The position numbers and the translations under genes were made by a program. From Alphaproteobacteria bacterium (GTDB taxonomy: Bacteria; Pseudomonadota; Alphaproteobacteria; UBA6615), in assembly GCA_021774445.1 (NCBI GenBank), contig JAJFJA010000059.1:155830-219829 (forward strand): 64,000 bases of DNA, written 5' to 3'. The notes under the pieces are model-generated. The model did not search any database. It was given only the letters and a program-made list of their open reading frames with translations, and was not told where the DNA came from. Shown here piece by piece: positions 47,014 through 56,549 of the stretch. How positions within the stretch are numbered: position 1 is the first letter of the stretch; each line of letters opens with the position of its first letter.

Positions 47014-47616
47014 TCAGGACTCTGTCGGCGCGCCGTCGACCACCAGCCATGCCTTCATCTGCGAATGTCCGACGCCGCAATAATTGAGGCATTGGATCAA
47101 GTACTTGCCCGGCGTGTCCGGCGAGCGGATCCAGATGTGGCGGACGGCGCCGGGCTCGAACTCGGTCGTCATGCGGGCGGCGGGTATATTGAAGCCGTGC
47201 ACCACATCGTTCGACATGATCGTGAACAGCACCTTTTGACCCGGCGCTACTTTGACGGCGTTGCGGCTGGCCGCGCCGTTTTCGTCGACGAAGGCAAAAC
47301 CCCACTGAAAGGCGAAGACCCGGACCGTCCTGTCGAAGGCATCCTGGTCCTGTCCGGTGTCGGGGACCCCCGCGAGCGAGTCGCCTCTCGGCAGGTCCTT
47401 CTCATAGGCCGTAAAGGCGGCGGTGCTGCGCGCATCGGCAAATACCGCGAGCACCACGAGAAGCGCCGCGAAAAAGACTTCGATCCGGTAATGGAGTTGC
47501 CAGCGCCGTGGCCATAACAACGCCATGAACAAGGCCACGATCCCGGCACTCCCCAAGGCGATGATGATCGCAAACATCACGGCCTGATCGGCCATCAAGC
47601 CGAGCGCATTGAGCAT
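47014..47616 (-). CDS. heme-copper oxidase subunit II (short, B-family-like) with CuA site
   Basis: CuA ligands HGFNIP ... CLNYCGVGHSQM; two N-terminal TM. Confidence 0.75.
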   Translation of the reverse strand: MLNALGLMADQAVMFAIIIALGSAGIVALFMALLWPRRWQLHYRIEVFFAALLVVLAVFADARSTAAFTAYEKDLPRGDSLAGVPDTGQDQDAFDRTVRVFAFQWGFAFVDENGAASRNAVKVAPGQKVLFTIMSNDVVHGFNIPAARMTTEFEPGAVRHIWIRSPDTPGKYLIQCLNYCGVGHSQMKAWLVVDGAPTES

Positions 47617-47776
47617 CGTTTTGCTTCTTGCCAGTTTCCTCTGCCGGCGAGTCTATCGTGCTTCGAACCGGCAACAAATCGGCCGCCTGGCCGACACCGG
47701 TGTCGGCCGTTTGGGGGACACGATGCCACCATCCGGACGATTAGCGCGGTCGGACCCATGCTGCTAGACTGCGGCC

Positions 47777-49528
47777 ATGGATATCGTGGGCAATAAGCTC
47801 CACCGGCGCATTTCGGCGTTACGCACGCCGGTGGCGATCGCCATGATGGTGGTCGTCGCGACCCACCACATCGTCATCCAACGGGCCGTCCCGGGCTGGC
47901 ATTTGCCGACCGAGATCCTGGTTTATGGCATCGCCGGTCCGATCATCGCCTGGGTCTTGCTGGGCTGGCTCGCGCGCAGCGTCGAATCCGCCGAAACGGC
48001 CAGCGACGCCCTGGCCGAAAGCGTCGCCGACCTGGCCCGCCGCAATACCGAAATCGAGGCCCTCTACAATGCCAGCCGGCTGCTGACCGGGGCCCGGTCC
48101 TTGTCGAACATCGCCGGCTCACTGCTGCAACTGGCGATGCAGATCACCAGGGCGAAATCAGGGGCGCTGGTACTTTTCGATGCCGACGACCAGAGCGGTC
48201 CGATTGCGCCGGCCGCCGGCGATGCCGGAAACCATTTGCGCCGCGACCTGCTGGCCCATGTTGAGGCCGGCCCATGCCTAACCTGCCCCGAGCGCGCCCG
48301 CTGCCCACTTCCCGAGGGCGTGCGCTGCATGCCGATCGTGGCCGGCCGCCATGTCCTCGGCATCCTACGCTTGCAGGAGCCGGCGTGGCACCCCGAACCG
48401 CGGCGCAGCCTCGATGCACTGCTGAGTGAGATCGCCGCGGTTTGGATGGCCAGGCAAGCCGAAAGCCGCGCCTTCACCGCGTTCAGCAAGGTCGGCCAGG
48501 AGCTGCGCGGCGAGGCTGACGTCGGTCGCGTTCTGACCCGTTTCGCCGAGCTTATTTGTGACGCCAGCGGTGCCACGGCTGTCCGCTTGTTTCGTCGCCG
48601 GCACAGCGACTGGACCCTCCGGGCATCGAGCCGGTCCGAGCTGCCGCCGCCGCTGCCCCAATCCCTGCCCCAGGGAACCGACGCCGTGTGGCAGGAAAGC
48701 AAAGGGCGGTTCGTTTACGTCCTGGTCGATGGAGACTGCCTCCTGGCGCTTGATTTCGCCGGCGTTCGGCCGCTTAACCAGCGCGATGGCGCCTTGCTCA
48801 AGTCCCTGGCCCAGCAGGGCAACGCTTTGGCCACGATAACGGAGCGGATGTCCGAGATAATCTGGAATGAACGACAACGGACGGCTCAGGAGCTGCACGA
48901 CGGGCTTGCCCAGAACTTGGCTTTCCTCAACTTGCAGATTCGCCGCCTGGCGGAAATGCTTGACCCGCACATGCCTGCCGACATGCGCGGCGATTTCGAC
49001 AAATTGTCCGAGGCGGCCCTCGATACTTATGACGAACTACGCATGACCATCGGCGACCTACGGCTGCATCCCGGCGACGGCGAGAATCCCGTCGGTTTTT
49101 TGCGTCGCGTCGTCACCGCTTTCGCGCGCCGCCAGAACGTTGCCGCCAATATCGAGGCGTCGGCAGATCTCTCCCTCACGGAAGAGGTTCTTGCCCACCT
49201 CACGCGCCTGGTGCAGGAGGCTTTGAGCAATGCCGTCCGCCACGGCGCGGCGACGCGCGTCGACATCGTCCTCACGCGCGCCGACCAGGGCACCGCGCTG
49301 CATATGTCGATCAGAGATAACGGCACCGGTTTCGACGCCAAGGACACGCCGGCGACCGAGGGACATTACGGCCTCAAGACAATGCGCGAGCGGGTCGCCA
49401 GCATGTCAGGCAGCGTTCGGTTCGAGAGTCGGTTGGGGCAGGGGACGACCGTTCACGTCCGTCTGCCGGGTGTCGTCGCCGGCCCGGCCCGGCCCGATTT
49501 GGCCCCGGCGCCGCTGGGCGCAAAATGA
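47777..49528 (+). CDS. NarL/LuxR-type sensor histidine kinase (HisKA_3) with TM, GAF-like regions and a four-Cys cluster
   Basis: H-box ERQRTAQELHDGLAQNL, HATPase_c (RDNGTGFD, GHYGLKTMRERV), Cys cluster CLTCPERARCPLPEGVRC. Confidence 0.75.
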   Translation: MDIVGNKLHRRISALRTPVAIAMMVVVATHHIVIQRAVPGWHLPTEILVYGIAGPIIAWVLLGWLARSVESAETASDALAESVADLARRNTEIEALYNASRLLTGARSLSNIAGSLLQLAMQITRAKSGALVLFDADDQSGPIAPAAGDAGNHLRRDLLAHVEAGPCLTCPERARCPLPEGVRCMPIVAGRHVLGILRLQEPAWHPEPRRSLDALLSEIAAVWMARQAESRAFTAFSKVGQELRGEADVGRVLTRFAELICDASGATAVRLFRRRHSDWTLRASSRSELPPPLPQSLPQGTDAVWQESKGRFVYVLVDGDCLLALDFAGVRPLNQRDGALLKSLAQQGNALATITERMSEIIWNERQRTAQELHDGLAQNLAFLNLQIRRLAEMLDPHMPADMRGDFDKLSEAALDTYDELRMTIGDLRLHPGDGENPVGFLRRVVTAFARRQNVAANIEASADLSLTEEVLAHLTRLVQEALSNAVRHGAATRVDIVLTRADQGTALHMSIRDNGTGFDAKDTPATEGHYGLKTMRERVASMSGSVRFESRLGQGTTVHVRLPGVVAGPARPDLAPAPLGAK

Positions 49529-50154
49529 CCACCGCAATCGTCGCCGACGACCACAGCCTGTTTCGCCAGGGTGTTTGCCAAACCCTCACCGGCGCCGGCA
49601 TCGACGTGATCGGACAGGCCGATAACGGTGCCGGCGTCGTCGCCCTGGCGCAAGATCTGCGACCCGACGTCGTCGTCATGGATTTGCACATGCCCGGTGG
49701 TGGCGGGGTCGCCGCAACCCGGGCGCTTGCCGCCGACACGAATATTCTGGTCCTCACGGTCTCGGACGAAGACGAGGACCTTTTTGCCGCGCTGGAAGCC
49801 GGGGCGCTCGGTTACTTGCTCAAGGATGCGAAGCCGGCCGCCCTGGTCCGGGCGGTTGAAAGCATCGCCGAGGGCAACAGCGTGCTCTCGCCACAAATAT
49901 CCCGGCGGGTCTTCGGCGCGGTCCGTCGCCCAAACAAGGGCTTGCAGAAACTGAGTGATCGCGAGCGCGATGTCCTCGACCTCATCGCCCGGGGCCTATC
50001 GAACGGTGCCATCGCCCGCCGGCTGAAGATCTCGGAGCACACGGTCAAGACCTACAATGAGCGCTTGTATGAGAAGCTCGGCGTATCCTCGCGCAGCGAG
50101 GCCGCCGTCTACGGCGCGAGCCTTTCCCGCCGCCATGAAAAAGGCCGATCCTAG
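49525..50154 (+). CDS. LuxR/NarL-family response regulator
   Basis: receiver (IVADDHSLFRQG...VVVMDLHMPGGGG) plus LuxR HTH (LSDRERDVLDLIARGLSNGAIARRLKISEHTVKTY); ATGA overlap with kinase. Confidence 0.85.
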   Translation: MTTAIVADDHSLFRQGVCQTLTGAGIDVIGQADNGAGVVALAQDLRPDVVVMDLHMPGGGGVAATRALAADTNILVLTVSDEDEDLFAALEAGALGYLLKDAKPAALVRAVESIAEGNSVLSPQISRRVFGAVRRPNKGLQKLSDRERDVLDLIARGLSNGAIARRLKISEHTVKTYNERLYEKLGVSSRSEAAVYGASLSRRHEKGRS

Positions 50155-50246
50155 CGGCGTATGGTGGTCAGTCCTCTCGCGGACGGGCGTACCCGAGGTC
50201 GCGGTGGCTCGCGCGGCCCATTCCGGGGCCGACAATAATCGCTGAA

Positions 50247-51812
50247 CTACCCCACTAGCCGTTCCAATAGAGGCTCGAGCCGCACCAGGGCATTGGTCGT
50301 CGCGTAGTCGCTGACCGCATAGGGCAGTACCAGCCAGCCATTGTGGATCAGAGAACCGCAACTGTAGACCACATGCGGGACGTAGCCGTCGCGCTCGTGG
50401 TCAAGCGGCTCGAGCAGCGGCCGGCGCAGTCGCCCGATAACCCGTCGCGGATCGTCGCGATCTAGCAGTGCTGCCCCAATACAATAGTTGCGCATGGCGC
50501 CGACACCATGGGTGAGGACAAGCCAGCCGGCTTCGGTTTCCAGCGGCGATCCGCAATTGCCGATCTGAACATACTCCCAGGGTGCCGCGGGCTCCATCAA
50601 GACCTCATGGTCATCCCAGTGATGCAGATCGTCGGAGAACATGAGAGTGATATTGACGCCTCCTTGGCGCCCTAACATGGCGTAGCGGCCGCCGATGCGG
50701 CGGGGAAACAGGGCCATGCCTTTGTTGCGCGCGGCGGCACCGTGCAATGGCCGCAATCTGAATTTCAGAAAATCCTCGGTTTCGATAATCTGCGGCAAAA
50801 TGTTGTCGCCATCGAAAGCAGTGTAGGTGGCGTAGTATCGGTGGCTGCCATCGTCCTCGCGAAAACGCACGAAACGCGCGTCTTCGATGCCTCCCTGCTC
50901 GTTCGACGATGCTGGAAAGAGCACGCGCTCAGACAACGCCAACGAACCGGGAAACTCCACCACGTAGTCGCATTGTGCCGCTTGTCGGATCGCGTGTCCC
51001 AAGGCGTTCTGTTCGTGCTCCCGTTCGAACGCGCTCATGCCGGTCGAATGGGGCCAACGCTCCGGATGGTGCAAAACCACCTCCAGCTCTTCAGGATCGA
51101 ACTCCTCAGCGAGCCCACCCAGCGCGGCGGCAATAAACGGCTTGTCGAATCCCCGCTCCAACAGACTCGCGGCGAAGTCGGCTTTACGATAACGCGGGTA
51201 CCGGATTTCGGCCATCGAGACCGATCCGGAAACGGCGTCGAACACAAGGTCGCCGTCATCGCCGATGACACCGCCACGAAATTCGATCGACGACAGATGG
51301 CCCTCTCCGGTGGCCCGCAGACTCATCACGAATCGCTGCGCGCCTGCCGGGATACCGCTCTGATCCGGGTGCGCGACAATCGAAGGGTTAAACAACGCCG
51401 CCGATTGCAGGCTGTATTCGCTCATGAAGTAGGCGCCAATCAGTTGGGATTGGAGCGGCGAGGGTTTTGTGTCCTCCGGTAGGACATGGCTAAGTTGGCG
51501 GCAGCGGTTCGAGAATACCGTATCAATATCGGTATGCGCATGACTGAAGCGCCGCATGATGTCCCCCAACCTAACCTCTACTTGGGACGGTGACATCGTC
51601 ATAATCCGCCGGATCATATCCCGGGCGCGATCTTCGCCGCCCGGATGAAACGGACGCAGTAACATGCGCGAATTGTCCGGACGCAGATAAACACCAGCCC
51701 GACGGACGGCGAATCTATCGTCGGGCTGGGACACCACTGGAGTGCCGGTGACTTGATCCATATTTTTCTTTTTGCCTACGGGTAATGTGTTTGAGGTTCG
51801 CGTCGACATCAC
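50247..51812 (-). CDS. GH130-family glycoside phosphorylase/hydrolase-like protein with N-terminal extension
   Basis: GH130-type blades (SAALFNPSIV, DARFVRFREDDGSHRYYATYTAFDG, IGNCGSP, HVVYSCGSLIHNGWLVLPYAVSD); exact start uncertain. Confidence 0.6.
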   Translation of the reverse strand: MMSTRTSNTLPVGKKKNMDQVTGTPVVSQPDDRFAVRRAGVYLRPDNSRMLLRPFHPGGEDRARDMIRRIMTMSPSQVEVRLGDIMRRFSHAHTDIDTVFSNRCRQLSHVLPEDTKPSPLQSQLIGAYFMSEYSLQSAALFNPSIVAHPDQSGIPAGAQRFVMSLRATGEGHLSSIEFRGGVIGDDGDLVFDAVSGSVSMAEIRYPRYRKADFAASLLERGFDKPFIAAALGGLAEEFDPEELEVVLHHPERWPHSTGMSAFEREHEQNALGHAIRQAAQCDYVVEFPGSLALSERVLFPASSNEQGGIEDARFVRFREDDGSHRYYATYTAFDGDNILPQIIETEDFLKFRLRPLHGAAARNKGMALFPRRIGGRYAMLGRQGGVNITLMFSDDLHHWDDHEVLMEPAAPWEYVQIGNCGSPLETEAGWLVLTHGVGAMRNYCIGAALLDRDDPRRVIGRLRRPLLEPLDHERDGYVPHVVYSCGSLIHNGWLVLPYAVSDYATTNALVRLEPLLERLVG

Positions 51813-51824
51813 TAGCGCGCCCTC

Positions 51825-54122
51825 TCAGGCAACCGCTACGGCGTCAGGCTCCGCTAAGAGGGCGACGGTCGATATTTCCAGGCTTGTCATTTCTGCCAGT
51901 GCCAGCAGAAAGGCCAATGTGGATTCCGTGCCCTGGTTGAGATTAACACGGTCAAAATGAAGACCGTCATAACAACCACCAGACGATGGATTGTACAGCG
52001 GCTGGTCGAGGTCGTTGCGGCCGAGGAACCACTCAAAGGCACGCCGTGCCTCATCCCGCCAGAACGGATCGCGGGTCGCCTCAAAGGCTGCAATGCAGGC
52101 CGAGACCGTGGCCTGCGCTTCGATGGGTTGCTGGTCGAAACGCGCTCGCACGCCGCCGCGACGATAGAACCCGTTCGACCCAATCGGCGCGAAGACGCCC
52201 TCACGGGTCTGTTCCGCCACTAACCAACGCAGCGTTTGCAGACCGAGCGCCAGGGCTCGCTCCCCATACGCTCCGCCGTGGTGGCCACCGAAGATGAGGG
52301 CGTGCGGTAATTTCGCATTGTCGTAGCTCAACACCGGTTCAAACCACGGCCAATCTGCCTCACTTTGTTGATCATATAGGCGGATTAGCTTCCTGGTTAG
52401 CGCATCGCTGACGGCGCTGACCTTGCGGTCGCCGCCAAGGTGGTTGAGGTATTCCTGTACGCCGATCAGCCCGAATGCCATGGCTCGAGGTGAATTTACG
52501 CCCTCCAATCCCGGCAGGGCTTGCAGAAAGAGCCCAGCCGCCCACGTCTGGAAACTGCGATGCTTAGAACGCCCCAGACACGTGCCTAACACCCAAAGAC
52601 AGCGGCCGAAGCAATCGTCTGAGCCGGGCTCATCGCGCCACTGTCGATCAAAGTTCATAAAGTTTCGGAAGCGCCGATCATTGTCGTCAAAAGCGTACTG
52701 CATAAAGGCCGCATACGTCGTCGCAAGCCGACGGCGAACGAGCGTATCGTGACCGGATGATTCTAGCAAAACCATCAAAAGTAGCGCGCGCGCGTTGTCG
52801 TCAACGCAGTAGCCCTCCGCGAAGTCTGGCATGGCGTAAATCGCATGCTGAAAGATGCCTGTGGAATCCGTGAGACGCTCGACGTGATCCAACGTCAACT
52901 CCGGCAGCTCGATGGATTGTTGGGCTAGCGTCTGAACGACGAACCGGGGACCATGATGATGTCTATGGTCGACTCGCGCTTTTCGGAACGACTCGAAATA
53001 ATGTTTTGCCGTTTCGCTCCAGATCATGGCGCGGCCCAACGCATAAGCCCCTTCAGACATTGCATTTAGCCGCGTTGGGTCTGCCAACAGACCGGTCACT
53101 TCTTTCGCAATAGCCGTACTATCCTTGAACGGCACGAGCACGCCACGCCCCTCGGCCAGTAACTCTTCGGCGTGCCAGTAGGGGGTCGAGATGACCGCTT
53201 TGCCCGAGCCGAACGCATAACACAGGGTACCCGACGTGGCCTGGGCCTCGGCAAGATACGGGGTAATATAGATGTCCGCCGCGCCGATGAATTGCTTGAG
53301 CTCCTCAAGCTCGACGAAGCGGTTGTAAAAAGCGATGTGCTGGCTCACCCCCAGTTTTTCGGCCAAGCGTTCTAGGCTCCGGCGATAACGTTCGCCCTCC
53401 GCGCGCACCAGATTCGGATGGGTCGCGCCGAGCACCATGTAGATCAAGTTTGGATGCCGCCGGACGATCTCGGGCAGCGCACGGATCACGTACTCAATAC
53501 CCTTCCCCGGGGACAACAGTCCGAACGTCAGCAGCACCTCTTTGCCTTCGAGGCCGAACTGATCCTTGAGGGCGTTCGGATTGACGAGGGGCATGTCCGG
53601 AATGCCGTGCGCGATGAGATCAATCTTTTCCGCCGGCGCGCCGTAGGTCTCGCGAAGAATCGCATGTCCGCGCTCGGTCATCACGACCAGCCGTTCCGAT
53701 TGCCTGACGATCTCGTCCATCACCTGCCTTTGGTCGGAATCAGGCTCTCGCAGAATTGTGTGCAAGGTCGTCACCACAGGCAGGTTTACCTCTTGAAGGA
53801 ATGCCAGAATGTGGCCGCCGGAGACGCCGCCATAGATGCCGAACTCGTGCTGCAAGCTGAGCACGTCAAACCCGTTGAACCTAAGAAAGTTCGCCGCCTC
53901 TTGATAATCAAGCAGACGCTGCTCCTGGATTTCGAACCGGACCTCCGGCTCGTAATCATAGCCTTCCGGCAGATCGTTGATCGCCAATACGCCGCACTCG
54001 ATTGTCGGATATTGAGTCGCGACGGCGTGGTGCAGGTCGCGGGTGAAGGTGGCGATGCCGCATTTGCGCGGCAGATAATCGGCAACAAACGCGATCTTTG
54101 ACGGTTGGGTGGTCTCGCTCAT
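51825..54122 (-). CDS. glycosyltransferase family 4 fused to a C-terminal alpha-helical domain of unknown function
   Basis: N-terminal GT4 (GGVSGGH..., E-x7-E region GTLCYAFGSGKAVISTP) then about 380-aa helical domain (ALLLMVLLESSGHD...GGHHGGAYGERALALGLQTLRWL). Confidence 0.65.
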   Translation of the reverse strand: MSETTQPSKIAFVADYLPRKCGIATFTRDLHHAVATQYPTIECGVLAINDLPEGYDYEPEVRFEIQEQRLLDYQEAANFLRFNGFDVLSLQHEFGIYGGVSGGHILAFLQEVNLPVVTTLHTILREPDSDQRQVMDEIVRQSERLVVMTERGHAILRETYGAPAEKIDLIAHGIPDMPLVNPNALKDQFGLEGKEVLLTFGLLSPGKGIEYVIRALPEIVRRHPNLIYMVLGATHPNLVRAEGERYRRSLERLAEKLGVSQHIAFYNRFVELEELKQFIGAADIYITPYLAEAQATSGTLCYAFGSGKAVISTPYWHAEELLAEGRGVLVPFKDSTAIAKEVTGLLADPTRLNAMSEGAYALGRAMIWSETAKHYFESFRKARVDHRHHHGPRFVVQTLAQQSIELPELTLDHVERLTDSTGIFQHAIYAMPDFAEGYCVDDNARALLLMVLLESSGHDTLVRRRLATTYAAFMQYAFDDNDRRFRNFMNFDRQWRDEPGSDDCFGRCLWVLGTCLGRSKHRSFQTWAAGLFLQALPGLEGVNSPRAMAFGLIGVQEYLNHLGGDRKVSAVSDALTRKLIRLYDQQSEADWPWFEPVLSYDNAKLPHALIFGGHHGGAYGERALALGLQTLRWLVAEQTREGVFAPIGSNGFYRRGGVRARFDQQPIEAQATVSACIAAFEATRDPFWRDEARRAFEWFLGRNDLDQPLYNPSSGGCYDGLHFDRVNLNQGTESTLAFLLALAEMTSLEISTVALLAEPDAVAVA

Positions 54123-54155
54123 CGCTAGTAGCCTCGTTCGTGGCGGCGGTCTTGG

Positions 54156-55214
54156 TTAGACTGCCGCGTATTTCTGCTCTTCGAACTCGAAGATCGTTGC
54201 GTAAACTCGCTCATAGGCGGCAACCATAGTGTCTATGGAGAAGCATGCTTCGACGCGGCGGCGGCACGCGTGCCGGTCAATTTCCGAGAGCCGTCCGAGA
54301 GCCTGAACGGCTTGCTCGACGTTGCGGACCAAGAACCCCGTCTGCCCGTCCATGATGACCTCTCGGCAGGAACCAAGATCCATCGCGATGACCGGTATGC
54401 CGGCCGCATTGGCCTCAGCCAGGACCAAGCCGAATCGCTCCGGGATGGTATTCAAATGCAGCAGCGCGCCGGCTGCCGCGAATAGTCGGTTTTTACCCGC
54501 CACATCGACTGGCCCGATATAGTCGATATTTCGACCATCGAGATGCGGCTCGATTTGTTCGCGGTAGTAGGCTTGATCCTGAATGATGCCTGCGATGATC
54601 AATCGCCGGCCGCTCAGGCGAGCGACCTCAATGGCAAGATGAACACCCTTATCCGGGTGGATGCGGCCGAGGAAAACCAGATCATCCCCGGCGCGTTCCT
54701 GGAAAGGATAGAGCGAAAGATCGATCCCGTTGTAGACGGTCGCCAAATAGTTCAGCCCCGGCGCGCGATCGGCGTCGCTGATGGAAACATAATACCCGTC
54801 GCGATACTTTTGATAGACAGGCATGATTTTTGGCGAAGAGAAGCCATGGATGGTGGTCAGAACCGGTGTGCGGATCAGACGACTATAGCTCAAGGCCATG
54901 AAGTCATAGTGGCTGTGAATGAGGTCGAACTCGGCGGCGTGCTCGAAGGCTTCGGCGATGTGAAGGTATTCGGCCACCTTGGGATCGGCCGCGGGATCTT
55001 CTTCATACCCCTTGTCAACGACGGCGTGGAGTTGAGCGTGCGTGATCGAGTCCTTGGTGGCGAAAAGAGTCACGTCCCAGCCGCGCGCAACCAGCCCCTC
55101 GGCAACATTACTGGCCACCGTCTCCCAGGCGCCGTATCGGCGAGGTGGCGTTCGCCACGCAACCGGTGAGAGGACAGCTACTCTCTTGTCGCGCTTGTTC
55201 ATGCGGCTCGGCAT
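54156..55214 (-). CDS. glycosyltransferase family 4
   Basis: GT4 fold sequence (RVAVLSPVAWRTPP...GFSSP..., FGLVLAEANAAGIPVIA). Confidence 0.75.
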   Translation of the reverse strand: MPSRMNKRDKRVAVLSPVAWRTPPRRYGAWETVASNVAEGLVARGWDVTLFATKDSITHAQLHAVVDKGYEEDPAADPKVAEYLHIAEAFEHAAEFDLIHSHYDFMALSYSRLIRTPVLTTIHGFSSPKIMPVYQKYRDGYYVSISDADRAPGLNYLATVYNGIDLSLYPFQERAGDDLVFLGRIHPDKGVHLAIEVARLSGRRLIIAGIIQDQAYYREQIEPHLDGRNIDYIGPVDVAGKNRLFAAAGALLHLNTIPERFGLVLAEANAAGIPVIAMDLGSCREVIMDGQTGFLVRNVEQAVQALGRLSEIDRHACRRRVEACFSIDTMVAAYERVYATIFEFEEQKYAAV

Positions 55215-55292
55215 CGCGGCATCCGCCCCGCGGCCGGCGCTTGATTAGGCGAACATGCCCCGAGGCACCGGTTGGCCGAAGTCAAAGAATAT
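54879..55292. repeat. about 413-bp segment (GT4 5' end plus upstream) duplicated at 57461..57873
   Basis: direct comparison of the two stretches shows about 95% identity by eye over about 410 bp. Confidence 0.8.
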
Positions 55293-55561
55293 CCTCAAAC
55301 GTAAGTCATTTATCGCCGCACACTGCGTTCCCAGGTACGAGGCGATCGCCAGTGGCCCCCAGATCCGCGGGAGGGACGGCGCACTCCCGCATCGCGGCGG
55401 CGCTGGCTCCAGAGGTCTGCCGCCTTCAGGTGTCGCGATAACTCCGGAACTGCGGCGGCGCGCCAACAAAGTGACCCTATAACACTAGAAACGCCAATGA
55501 AACATCTGCGCCTGGCTATGAGCACGCATGCGAGGCAGGGCAGAGCGTGTCCGCTCGGACC

Positions 55562-55684
55562 TCAGCTTCGGATGTCAACTTCCTCGGCAAACGTGAGCGC
55601 ATCGTCGACCTCGACCCCAAGATATCGACCGGCGCTCTCCAGCTTCGTGTGTCCCAGCAATCCGTGATCCGCTTGAGGTCGTTG
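55562..55684 (-). pseudogene. tyrosine recombinase (phage-type integrase) C-terminal remnant
   Basis: minus-strand translation QRPQADHGLLGHTKLESAGRYLGVEVDDALTFAEEVDIRS* carries integrase box II (LGH...RY) but is preceded by an in-frame TGA; only about 40 codons. Confidence 0.5.
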
Positions 55685-55743
55685 TCACCCGACCTGAGTA
55701 CGTAAGGTATAAGACAAATAAAAAACTCTCCACGTCAAACAAA
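55658..55743. repeat. direct repeat copy 1 (about 87 bp) followed by an AT-rich tract
   Basis: caaTCCGTGATCCGCt.g.GGTCGTTG...CGACCT.AGTAC.TAAGGTATA...AAATAAAAAACTCTCC....TCAAACAAA shared with 59626..59712 at about 85% identity. Confidence 0.7.
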
Positions 55744-56083
55744 ACAAGAAAAAGAGATCGCAATATATTTCGTCGTTTATTATCATTGGGATAAGTCAAT
55801 AGTGCAAAATAAGTGATATTTACCATTGTAAATATTTCGATTAGGCCAATATATGTACAGCGGCAAATAATTTCTGCTATGGAGAGAGTGTTTTACATGA
55901 CCGAACCCAAGTTCGGTTGGCGCAGAAGCTATCTTTCCTCAGCTCCGAGCAAAGCCAGCCCTGGCGGCAGGTCCGAAGCTGCCCCGGCGCGCAAGTCGTA
56001 GCAATCGGAACGGAGAGGGCCTGGTCCTTCTCCGTCAACCTTCTCTCGGACGATAGGGCCGCCAACCCGGTGGCCGCCGATGG

Positions 56084-56458
56084 ATGAACGAAAGGAAACA
56101 CGACATGGAAGAGCTCAAGGCCCATTGGGGCCAATACGTCAAAGGCGGCATCGGCGGCGCGATCGTGGTTCTTATCGCCGGCTTCGCTTTCGGACCGCTG
56201 ACGACCAACGGCAATGCCCAACAGCTCGCGGCCACGGCGGTCGCCGACCGAGATGTCGCCTATTGCGTTGCCAATGCAGAGAAACTCGTGAGCTCAGGGA
56301 GGCACGCCGCCCCGTCGAGCAGTACGGAGCGGACCGATCTCGCAAAGGCGGCATACTCTGGCCTCCTACCAGACGCATCGTTCGGCAACGTGGCCTTCAG
56401 GAATTGCTCGCGTGCATTCCCGAAAGACTTCGCCCTCCCCATCTCTGCCGCCCAATAG
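56084..56458 (+). CDS. hypothetical small membrane protein
   Basis: ORF with one TM (GGIGGAIVVLIAGFAFGPL); no recognisable domain. Confidence 0.3.
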   Translation: MNERKHDMEELKAHWGQYVKGGIGGAIVVLIAGFAFGPLTTNGNAQQLAATAVADRDVAYCVANAEKLVSSGRHAAPSSSTERTDLAKAAYSGLLPDASFGNVAFRNCSRAFPKDFALPISAAQ

Positions 56459-56549
56459 TTACGAGGTCAGGGGTCCAGCCGCCAACCGAAAGCTATTGTG
56501 CCTCGTCTGTCGGCTGCGGGCTTACGGGCCGCCAATCAGGGGGCATCTG

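Noticed and set aside
55813-56001. 62-aa ORF in the AT-rich tract after repeat copy 1
   Set aside because: Mostly AT-rich, low-complexity translation with no start context or conservation signal. More likely non-coding, promoter-like DNA.
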